From Squalus acanthias (Eukaryota): a stretch of DNA of 64,000 nt. Shown here piece after piece: positions 42,177 to 52,671 of the stretch (the stretch's first letter is position 1; the number at the start of each line of letters is the position of its first letter). The stretch is from assembly GCA_030390025.1 (NCBI GenBank), contig CM059432.1, forward strand, positions 122,638,001 to 122,702,000, read 5' to 3'. The position numbers and the translations under genes are program-made. Under the pieces are notes generated by a model. It did not search any database and had not been told where the DNA came from. It saw only the letters and a list, made by a program, of their open reading frames with translations.

Positions 42177-42279
42177 AGAGTCATAGAGTTATACAGCACA
42201 GAAAGAGGCCCTTCGGCCCATCGTGTCTGCGATGGCCATCAAGCCCTATCTATTCTAATCCCATTTTCCAGCACTTGGC

Positions 42280-45200
42280 CCGTAGCCTTGCATGCTATGG
42301 TGTTTCAAGTGTTCATCTAAATGCTTCTTGAATGTTGTGAGGGTTCCTGCCACTACCATCATTTCAGGCAGTGAGTTTCAGATTCCAACCACCCTCTGGG
42401 TGAAAAAGTTTTTCCTCAAATCCCCTCTAAACCTCCTGCCCCTTACCTTGAAACTATGCCCCCTTGTTATTGCCCCCTCTACTGAGGGAAAAAGTTCCTT
42501 TCTATCTACCTTATCTACGCCCCTCATAATTTTGTAAACCTCAATCAGGCCCCCCCCTCAGCCTTCTCTGGTCTAAGGAAAACAACCCCAGCCTGTCCAG
42601 TCTCTCTTCATAGCTGAAACGCTCCAGCCCAGGAAACATCCTGGTGAATCTCCTCTGCACCCTCTCAATGCAATCACATCCTTCCTATAGTGTGGTGATG
42701 TAAGGTTTCCAAAATTTGCAGATCCCCAAACCTAAGGAAAAAGGACTTTGGAACTACCTCAGAGTGATAAAAATGCATTTGGGCCTAACCTAAGGAATAT
42801 CAGACCAAAAACCAAGTTTTGGCATTTTTAAACTATGTCTGGGCCTGTAAAGGGACAAGGAGGTGGGACGACCTCTGTAAAAGCAGTTTGGTTATTGCAG
42901 TTAATTACACTGTCTGGGGAACCGGGATGACCCCACTCAAGCCCCAGCAAGCATTAACATTTGAACAATAGACCCAGGGAAAGAGCAGTCCCACCCAAAA
43001 TACAGGCCCCATCAAGACCGATTACAGGGCCCATCAGAAAACATGCATAATACAAATCACTGAGGACCATTCTATAGAAAAGACCGAGTCCAGCCCAGAA
43101 ACCCAAAACACGAAACCAATCACCAGTGATCAGCCAAGGAGATCAACAGGATGCAAACCACTCCAAAACCCATTTGACACTCAGAGCAGTTACTGGTAAC
43201 AGGCCCACCAAATTCAGACAATGAACTGTGCAGATTTGGCGGGTAGATAAGGCCATGTTCAATGGGTGAGATTGAAGGCCTGTTAAAAACCCAGTTAACG
43301 TGCTAGTAAGTCGTTACCGATTTACGAGCCTGCCAAAAACCAGACAATGAACTGAGTAGATTTGGTGGGTAGATAAGGCCACTTCAATTTAGTAAAATTG
43401 AAGGCCCATCAAGCAGTTCAAGGTCGAGTCGTCAATCGCAACTGGTGATCATCAGAAGAAGAAGAAGACCCGAGCTGAAAGCGAGTCAGCATCGCTCACC
43501 ACTCAGACACACCTGAGTCCAGCTCATGAAGATACCACCTCGACGGACCTCCAACAATGGTCCCAACACAGTCACCCGGAGCAACAAGCAGCAACAAGTC
43601 ACCGACGGCTCCACGAGGTCGACCGACACACTAAACAAGGCCTAAAGCCATAGCGGAAACCAAAGGCCTCACGAAACCAACAACCGCGCATTACCCCCAA
43701 CTGACCGGGTAATAGCAGGCCACCGCGACCAACAAAGACCAACTCCAGGGAAGAAAACCCGAAGAACCGCAAAGTTTCCACGCTACAAACTACTCCTGAC
43801 TTACCCCTGGGTAAGATTTTCCCCAAAGACTCCAAACCCTACTGCTAAACCAAAGAAATTGGGTACTCACCAGATAAATCCAAAACGACATCCTACCGCA
43901 TCAGCGGACTCGCGAAGACTGACCAGAGACTCAGGTGAAGTCCTCTACCGCGTACGGGGTACGGCAGACACTAACCGCCATAAACAGCGAACCCCAAAAC
44001 CGCGATTTAGCCCAACTGTCAAAACATTGGTGAGCATTATCCCTGGTCCTTCAAAACCTAACTTGGCTGGTAAAGTGGGGTTGGGAGGGGTGAAGTATTG
44101 TTCTACTGTCATTTCCCTCGCTTGTACCGAAGTGTTCCCCAAATTTAGAGTTTTAAGAGTGTTGTCATTTGTGTTTTACCTTTTGAATAAAGATTGAAGT
44201 TCTTTCATCAAACTCAGTTGTCTGCTGCACCTTTGTATCACAACCCCCAAATAAGTCCAAGGTCTAGAACCAAGGGAGTGGGAGCGATTCGAACCGCTCA
44301 GAAGTCAGAGGTAAAGCTGACACAAACCACCACCCCCTACAGCAACCAGAACTGCACACAGTATTCCAGCTGTGGCCTAACTAGCGTTTTGTACAGCTCC
44401 ATCATAAACTCCTTGCTCTTATATTCTATGCCTTGGCTAATGAAGGCAAGTATCCCATATGCCTTCTTTATCACCTTATCAACCTGGCCTGCTGCCTTCA
44501 GGGATCTATGTACATGCACACCAAGGTCCCTCTGATCCTCTGTCCTTCCTAGGGTCCTACCATTCATTGTGTATTCCTTTGCCTTGTTAGTCCTCCCAAA
44601 ATGCATCACCTCACACTTTTCAGGCTTAAATTCCATTTGCCACTGTTCTGCCCATCTGACCAACCTGTCTATATCGTCCTGTAGCCTGAGGCTTCCCTCC
44701 TCACTATTTACCACTCCACCAATTTTCGTGTCATCTGCGAACTTACTGATCATACCTCCTACATTCATATCTAAATCATTAATGTACACTACAAACAGCA
44801 AGGGACCCAGCACCGATCTCTGCGGTACACCACTGGACACAGGCTTCCAGTCACAAGAACAACCTTCGACCATCACCCTCTGCCTCCTGCCACTAAGCCA
44901 ATTTTGGATCCAATGTGCCAAATTGCCCTGGATCCCATGGGCTCTTACCTTCTTCACCAGTCTCCCATGCGGGACTTTGTCAAAAGCCTTACTGAAGTCC
45001 ATGCAGACCGCATCAACTGCACTACCCTCATCCACACAACTAGTCACCCCCTCGAAAAAGTCAATCAAATTGGTTGGACATGATCTCCCCCTGACAAAGC
45101 CATGCTCACTATCCTTGATTAATCCTTGCCTCTCCAAGTGGAGATTAATTCTGTCCCTCAGAATTTTTTCCAATAATTTCCCCACCACTGATGTTAGGCT

Positions 45201-46700
45201 CACTGGCCTGTAATTCCCTGGTTTATCCCTACTACCCTTCTTGAATAATGGTACTACGTTAGCTGTCCTCCAGTTCTCTGGTACCTCCCCTGTGGCTAGA
45301 GAGGTTCTGAAAATTTGTGTCAGAGCCCCTGCAATCTCCTCCCTTGCCTCACACAGCAGCCTGGGATACATCTCGTCTGGGCCTGGGGATTTATCTACTT
45401 GTAAGCCCACTAAAACCGCTAGTACCTCCTCCCTCTCAATGCTAATTTGTTCAAGTATATCACAATCCCCCTGCCTGATTTCTATGCCTATATTGTCCTT
45501 CTCCATAGTGAACACAGATGCAAAATATTCATTTAAAACCTCACCCACATCTTCCGGCTCTACACACAGATTGCCACTTTGGTCCCTAATGGGCCCTACT
45601 CTTTCCCTGGTTATTCACTTGCCCTTAATATACTTATAAAACACCTTGGGATTTTCCTTTATTTTGCACACCAGTGTTATTTCATGCCCCCTCTTTGCTC
45701 TCCTAATTTCTATTTTAAGTACCCCCCTGCACTTTCTATACTCCTCTAGGGCTTCCACTGTTTTTAGTCCTTTGTATCTGCCAAAAGCCTCCCTTTTTTT
45801 CCTAATCCATTCTTGTATATCCCTTGACATCCAGGGTTCCCTGGGCTTGTTGGTCCCACCCTTGACCTTTACGGGAACATGTTGGCGCTGTACTCTCTCT
45901 ATTTCCTTTCTGAATGACTCCCACTGCTCTGATGTGGATTTTCCTACAAGTAGCTCATCCCAGTCCACTTTGGCCAGATCCTGCCTTACCATATTAAAAT
46001 CAGCCTTCCCCCAATTTAGAACCTTTATTTCCGGTCCATTTTTTTCCTTTTCCATGGCTACCTTAAATCTCACCGAATTATGGTCACTGTCACCAAAATG
46101 CTCTCCTACTGACACTTCTACCACTTGCCCGGCTACATTCCCTAGAATTAGGTCCAGTACCGCCCCCTCTCTTGTAGGACTTTCTACATGCTGGCTCAAA
46201 AAGCTCTCCTAGATGCACTTTAAGAATTCCGCACCCTCTAAGCCTTTCACACTCTGACTATCCAGTTAATACTGGGGAAGTTGAAATCCCCTACTATTAT
46301 TACTCTATTATTTCTACACTTCTCTGAGATTTGCCTACATATCTGTTCCTCTATCTCCCCCTGACTGTTTGGGGGCCTATAGTACACTCCCAGCAAAGTG
46401 CTTGCCCCCTTTTTGTTTTTAAGCTCTACCCATATGGCCCCATTAGAGGAACCTGCTAAGATATCATCCCTCCTTACAGCAGTAATTGACTCCTTGATTA
46501 ATATTGCGACACCCTCTCCTCTTTTACACCCCCCTCTGTCTCGCCTGAAGATTCTATACCCCGGAATATTGAGCTGCCAGTCCTGCCCCTCCCTCAACCA
46601 TGTCTCTGTGATGGCAACAATATCATACTCCCATGTGTTCATCAACACCTTCAATTCATCTGCCTTACTCACAAGACTCCTTGCATTAAAATAAATGCCA
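42280..46700 (-). pseudogene. CR1 ORF2 (APE endonuclease + reverse transcriptase), disrupted
   Basis: [37 protein letters not shown] and KFADD motifs. Frameshift near 46247, in-frame TGA at 45615-45617, solo LTR insertion at 42699-44341. Confidence 0.92.
42699..44341 (+). mobile_element. Solo LTR (1643 bp) inserted into CR1 ORF2
   Basis: TGTAAGG...CCCTACA termini; AATAAA near 44186; CR1 coding sequence (QFW|SPHYRKD) resumes on both sides; degenerate 4-bp TSD GTGA/GCAA. Confidence 0.88.
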
Positions 46701-47785
46701 TCCAGCCTCGCCATACACCATTGTGCCATTACATATTTGCTCTGCCTTCCAGACTGACTTGTTTTTTCCTCTATATTTGGCTGTGCATCACCCCCTACTA
46801 TAGCTCCACTCCATATCCCATCCCCCTGCCATGTTAGTTTAAACCCCACCCCCCCAACAGCACTAGCAAATCTCCCCGCTAGGATGTTGGTCCTGTTCCG
46901 GTTCAGGTGCAACCCATCCGACTTGTACAGGTCCCACCTTCCCCAGAAACAGACCCAGTGATCCAGGAAACTAAAGCCCTCCCTCCTGCACCAACTCTTT
47001 AGCCACGCATTCATCTGCTCTATCCTCCTATTCCTATACTCACTAGCACGTGGCACCGGGAGTAATCCAGAGATTACAACCTTTGAGGTCCTGCTTTTTA
47101 TCCTGCTACCGAGCTCCCTAAATTCTTGTTGCAGGACCTCATCCCTCTTTCTACCTATGTCGTTGGTACCAATGTGAACCACAGCCTCTGACTGTTCGCC
47201 CTCCCACTTCAGAGTGTCCTGCAGCCGTTCAGTGACATCCTTGACCCTGGCACCAGGGAGGCAACATACCATCCTGGAGTCACGTCTGCTGCAGAAACGC
47301 CTGTCTGCACCCCTAACTATTGAGCCTCCTACCACTATTGCCCTTCCACTCTTACTCCTCCCCCCTTGTGCAGCTAAGCCACCCACAGTGCCGTGAACTT
47401 GGCTCTGGCTGCACTCCCCAGAGGAACCGTCACTTTCACCGTTTTCCAACACAGAAAAACGGTTGTTGAGTGAGATGCACTCTGGGGCTTTCCTGACTAT
47501 CTGCCTGCCCCCCTTCTTCTGACTGCTGGTCTCCCATTCCCTCTCTGACTGCACTTTCTTAAGCTGCTGGGTGACCACATCTAAAAACGTGCTATCCACG
47601 TAATTCTCAGCCTCGTGGATACTCCGCAGTGCCTCCAGCTGATGCTCGAGCTCCAAAAAACGGATCTCAAGTTGGCCAAACCGTTGGCACTTACTGCACA
47701 TGTGGTCATCCTGACTGCAAGAAGCATCTAGGAATTCCCACATGCTGCAGACCGTGCAACGCACGGGACTGAGGTCCCCTGCCAT
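46247..47785 (-). CDS. CR1 ORF1 (Cys-rich N-terminus, leucine zipper, SGNH-esterase-like domain), fused in this copy to the start of ORF2
   Basis: CTVC...CSKC, LEIRFLELEHQLEAL, IVVGGSIVRG, CLPGA, VHIGTND and DGLHLN, followed in frame by APE motifs. Confidence 0.85.
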   Translation of the reverse strand: MAGDLSPVRCTVCSMWEFLDASCSQDDHMCSKCQRFGQLEIRFLELEHQLEALRSIHEAENYVDSTFLDVVTQQLKKVQSEREWETSSQKKGGRQIVRKAPECISLNNRFSVLENGESDGSSGECSQSQVHGTVGGLAAQGGRSKSGRAIVVGGSIVRGADRRFCSRRDSRMVCCLPGARVKDVTERLQDTLKWEGEQSEAVVHIGTNDIGRKRDEVLQQEFRELGSRIKSRTSKVVISGLLPVPRASEYRNRRIEQMNAWLKSWCRREGFSFLDHWVCFWGRWDLYKSDGLHLNRNRTNILAGRFASAVGGVGFKLTWQGDGIWSGAIVGGDAQPNIEEKTSQSGRQSKYVMAQWCMARLDGIYFNARSLVSKADELKVLMNTWEYDIVAITETWLREGQDWQLNIPGYRIFRRDRGGCKRGEGVAILIKESITAVRRDDILAGSSNGAIWVELKNKKGASTLLGVYYRPPNSQGEIEEQICRQISEKCRNNRVIIVGDFNFPSINWIVRV

Positions 47786-47972
47786 ACTTTTAATTTAAAA
47801 ACTCTTACTTCAAATTTAAACTCTCAGACTCTCGCTCTCCCGAACTACCTTAACTATGAACTACCTTAAAAGAAATAAACTTAAAATTGAAGAGAAAAAA
47901 AAGCACTCACCCACTACTCACCACTCAGCTTCTTGCCCTGCGCCGGTGTCACTTTCTGTACTGTGACGTCAC

Positions 47973-49661
47973 TGTAAGGGGTTCTGTGTCGTGCTTGTAT
48001 AGCAGACGGTGCTGGTGCGGGGTTAGGCCTTCGTTGCCCAATACTATTGCTTGCTCTGGTCTCCGGCCAGCCTTGTTGCAATAAGCACCTGTGAGTGGTT
48101 CGACTCACTCGCCCTTACGGTTCTAACACTGCACTTAGGTGCGAGAGCAGTAATGCAGAGAAAAACTCAAACAGACCCGGTTGAATAGTACGAAATGGAA
48201 ATCTTTATTGCATCGCGTCCAAGATCATGAAGTACATGTCATAGGCACAAATTAACGATAGTACAAGTATACATACATTCATAAAGCTTGGTCTATGGTA
48301 ATGAAGAACGCACGGCACATCGTAAAAAGGGGAACACATTATACTTTATCCTTAATAAAACCACCCTCCCCTATCAATACCTACACTACATCTAGATTTG
48401 TAGGATCGGGAAACATGCTCACCACTCGTGATACTTCGGAGAATTTTAAAGTGAGGCGCTCGGCTCGTTTCGCTGCAGCGCCTGACTGTCACGTGTTTTG
48501 AGGGGTCTCTGTACCCCACTTGTTTACTTTCGCTGCTGCTGCAAGCAGGCTGGGCTCCCCGTTGTCATGAAGAACTCGACAGTGCTCGGGCCCGGTTCGA
48601 AGAAGAGTCTTCCTGTGTCCGACACCGGTTGCCGGTAGAATTCAAAGAAGAGTCTTTGACCAGTTCGTGCAGTAACCTGTAGAGTTCATATAAATTCGGC
48701 GCGGTCGGGGTTTACTGACCGCGGCGGCACGTGGATTCTTCTTCTTCTCTTCTCATCTCGTCTTGTCTCGTCTATTCGGGCCTTCGGGTCCAGAACACCG
48801 TTTACCGACACTCGGGATGGTGCACCCGGTTACCGGCCTTCGTCGAGGCGGCTCGTTCCGTTTGAGCTCCACCCAACATTCGTCGACAAAGTCCAGAGAA
48901 AACACAGAAGGCTGCTCGTCCAGCAGAGCGATACCCGAGGATAAGGATAGGAGAGATAAGAGTTCAGCCCGAGTCAAGAGTCCGCAGAGATAAGAGTCGG
49001 TTCAAGCGAATAAGCCCAATAAGAGCCAGCCGAGAGAATAAGAGGCCGATGGACGTTTGTTCACTATAGTTATAGTGCTGTGTTCCCTTATCTCCCGCTC
49101 AAATCTTAATGTTTGTCCTTTGTGTAATACTGGTGCACAAAACTCCCAGCATGGGGCGATTCTTTCCTTTAACGGGTTTCGGTAGCACCTGAGACTGGCC
49201 AACTACCCGTTAATATTTTCCCCATTGTTGAACCGGCTCGGAGCCTCCCTGGCTGGGTTTTGGGGGCCTCCGAATACTTGTTTAATCACCCGAGAATGGC
49301 TCTCTCATTGTAGAGCCGTGGGGGTATTTGCGTATTGATGTGTCTGGATGGGCCTTCGATTGCCCAGTACAATGGTCCTTACTTGTGCATGGAAAACGAT
49401 TCCAGCACTCATATCTTTTGCTATTGTCACAAATGCAAACAGGTTGCATCCTGTCTTTATCAGTGCTTATCGAAAATGTTTATTCGAACGCCATCTTGTC
49501 TGCCCACTGTACTTCTGGAAACTTCTGCCACGATGCGCGGCGGCCATTTTACAGGCTTCTGTGTCCTGTTTAATCATGACAGCATTTCGTTTAAATAAAC
49601 TGATCAAACGAATCTGCTTCTATCTCGTTATTTCGAATCGCGATAATTGCGAAACTTTACA
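47973..49661 (-). repeat. 3' LTR (1689 bp)
   Basis: Direct repeat of 58790-60473. Minus-strand termini TGTAAAG...CCTTACA; AATAAA on the minus strand near 48204-48209. Confidence 0.97.
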
Positions 49662-49670
49662 GTCCCTCCT
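49662..49670 (-). promoter_or_regulatory. Polypurine tract
   Basis: AGGAGGGAC immediately precedes the TGT of the 3' LTR. Confidence 0.8.
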
Positions 49671-50054
49671 GTTGATGCGAATAACTCCGCTTATCGTATC
49701 AATTAAAAGTGGTGGTGAGCAAAATTATCCCGATTCTCCACATCCAAACACTCCCTTAACTTAAACTATCTATGGCCTCCATGCCGTCCTCATTTCCCAG
49801 GGAAATTACATTGTTTGGACTTGGACAAACCGTAGGCAGTATTGCCTTTAAACTTACATTGCGTATACGCCTTCCAGGTGCAACAGGCCGATGCCTCTCG
49901 CACCACCTGTATATGCATTTTTATTATACCAGGAAAAATAATCAAACAACCATTTTAAAAATACAAAGTTCCAAACTTAGTTACACATATTCATAACTAA
50001 CAATCAATTACAAAAAACACACATGGTAAAATGGAGCGACGTCATCCTGGCCGT

Positions 50055-52406
50055 TTACGCGGTGCTTTCCTCGTTCACGCGCACGTAACGTTCTCTCCAC
50101 TCTCCTGCGTTCTCCTGCTTTGTGAGGCGCTTGCCTCTTTTGCAGTGCATGACCAATAGGTACACTACAATTATAACTTGGCACACTACTAAAATGTGGG
50201 AGGCTATCCTGATCCATGAAGGAACTTCAATATTGGTGAACAGGTCCCACCACGGTGGGATTACTATGTCCAAAATTTCTGTCCCTATTTCTACAGTCTT
50301 TTGTTCCAGGGTGTAAAAATGTTTTTGTGATACCGCGACGGCTTTCAAAAGCTTGGTGAGGTGTTCAGCGAGAGGTGGAATGATGTACCCGAAATGCGCG
50401 ACGAATCGTTGCAAGTCAGTGAAATTCTCTTTTACTGTGAGATGAACAGTGGATGGTTCAGGGATCGGGACAATTCGCTGTTGTGCCACTTGAACTTCAG
50501 CCCTGGGTTTAAAACAGAAACTGCTGTCACTCACCGGACACCAGCTGCGGTTTCCATGCTGGTAGTGTTGCGCTACAGTGGTAACGCAATATGTTCCACC
50601 CGCTATGTATGCCACCTGCGGAGGCACATGATCTTGTGTCATTGCTTCCATGGTGCAATTCATGGGCTTGGCGCCAGCCGTTCTGAACCCGCATTGTGGT
50701 GTTAAAAAGGCATTCAAGTGCTGGGGACACAGTATTATGTGTGCTCCCCGGCCACGACAACCCGATAGGTCGGTACCTGTCATCGTTTGCTCCCAGCGGA
50801 TGACGTAAGGTGGGACCGCTGCGTAGCGAATGTGGGCTCCCCCCTGAATGACACCAATGTTCTCCACCCGATACACCGGGGCGGGCTTTGCTGTGTCGCC
50901 CAAGACCGGCATACGTAGTACTATACCCATGATGGTATGGTTTGACCGTCCGCAGTCCACGGGGACTGGGTATGCCTCTGAGGGTAGCCTGAGCTGGCAC
51001 GGGCTTAATGCGTTCTGAAAAGGGTGGAGCGCCTGCAGGTGTTTGTTACTTATCCAGGACGGGACCAAACCTTGTTTTAAATCCTCCAAATTACTGCGGC
51101 CCTCGCCCAGTAACCACGCCCCGTATAGTACGCACACCTCATTCTGCGCAGCTTGATCGGATGCGTTCCGATCTTCCCTGATCAGGGCATTTACCGTTCT
51201 CGCATGCTTCTCCAGCTCTGCTATAATTTCTTTTCAGTGTAGTGTCATGGCCTGGTCCTCATGTAACTCAGACCCTACTATCTTGTTTTCGCTTGTGAGG
51301 ATGCTTTTTAATTGTGTTTTTAAACCATTGATCTGGGTCTGCAGCTCCACGTTGTCTAGAGCGTTGACCACAGATGTTCCTGTATTAAAGGCGGTGAACA
51401 TATCGTTCACAATACCCCTTCTTTGTCTCCCCACCTGACCCAAAACTTCGTGTGGTGTGGTGTACAAGCTTGTTTTGTCAATCTCTGCAAAATCAAACTC
51501 GTAGAATTGTCTGAACATGTTTGTCAACAGGACCTGGTACAATTGTTCCGTCTCTTTGGGGCACCACTCTGGTAAACGCACCTCGGTGAGATTTAGAATC
51601 ACCAAAGCCACCGCGTAATGTACCCCTTGAAATATTATCTGGTCTGTGGGGACCAGTACCAAACCATTCCCGGGCCCCTTAGTGGTTTTAGGGCACCCTT
51701 CCTCCTGAGCCAAAACCACCGGAATCGTGGGCGGAGCCTTGCGTGGACGCGTGATGAGTTCAGTGGCGTTTACCGGGATCGGGGAGAATGGAGCTCCGCA
51801 CCCCTTTGTGCTGACATCCCACCTCATCCCTTTCCCGTTATCCTGCCACTGGTGTACGAAAAATATGGATATACCCTTGGGGCAAACGTACTTCGATCCC
51901 CACATACAAACATATATTCCCTCATCCGGTTCCCACCATTTGTCCCAACAGACTTTCAATTGTCCGTTAGTCCCCGTAATTGTACGATGGGTATTGTTAC
52001 CCAATCGCTCCCACTCAACCGAGGAATTTCTCATAGTCTTGCTTAATTTCCGTAACCTCCACCATCGGCTCAATGGGACCTTCCCATTGCATGTCAAACA
52101 AATCCTTTTGCCGACGGTGACGCTGATTCTGGGTGCAATGATTCTCACTCTGGGGCACAGTAAAGAAGTCTCTTTGTAGGCAAATCCAGATGCGCTGGAG
52201 TATTCCGTTGAATTCGTTCCCAGCCATCCCGGCCACCTTCCCTTGTGGAAATACGTGGCGGTCTCCTCAGCCTTTCGCTCACCGGTCCCATCCGTCGCGA
52301 TGGGGCCCGTGTCCCCAGAGCAACCAAACACAACGACATCCTTGGTGAGGCCCCGATAGGCCAATCCATATCCGATCGTTGCGAGCACTATCAGAATCCT
52401 TTCCAT
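50055..52406 (-). CDS. env: Envelope glycoprotein, class I fusogen (783 codons with one in-frame TGA at 51234-51236)
   Basis: Signal peptide MERILIVLATIGYGLA; RQRR|GIVNDMFTAF furin site and fusion peptide; heptad repeat; Cys-rich region; PPWWDLF; TM helix HILVVCQVIIVVYLLVM; basic tail; many N-glycosylation sequons. ORFs 51234-52406 and 50055-51137 share a frame and the gap reads *KEIIAELEKHARTVNALIREDRNASDQAAQNEV. Confidence 0.9.
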
Positions 52407-52418
52407 CTTTCCTGGTTC

Positions 52419-52440
52419 CTGTGATCAGATAAAATGATGT
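52419..52440 (-). promoter_or_regulatory. Probable env splice acceptor
   Basis: acatcattttatctgatcacag|G lies 12 nt upstream of the env ATG. Confidence 0.6.
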
Positions 52441-52671
52441 AGCCAGCCTCCCAAGAGTCTCTGGCTTTTGTGAAGGGTGAGCGGGTCCCTTGACCTCATC
52501 TCACGTAAAAGGACATGTATGCTGGATAGACTTTAACTATTCCTATCTCTAACTCCCATCATTTTACCATTTACTTATAAAATTAAACTACAATCTTACC
52601 AAACTTACAAACTTAAACTTAAACTTATAAACTTATACTGTACAGCGCCGCCCGTTCCCAGGGCGGCCTAC

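Noticed and set aside
44569..46212. Long plus-strand ORFs opposite CR1 ORF2, and similar ones opposite pol and gag
   Set aside because: Antisense shadows of coding sequence.
48295..49764. Small ORFs within the LTRs (duplicated at 59112-60483) as accessory genes
   Set aside because: They are short, mostly antisense or with non-ATG starts, have no recognisable motifs, and recur only because the LTR is duplicated.
51234..51236. Env TGA as programmed readthrough or selenocysteine
   Set aside because: The TGA-AAA context is not a readthrough motif and no SECIS was identified; a nonsense mutation is simpler.
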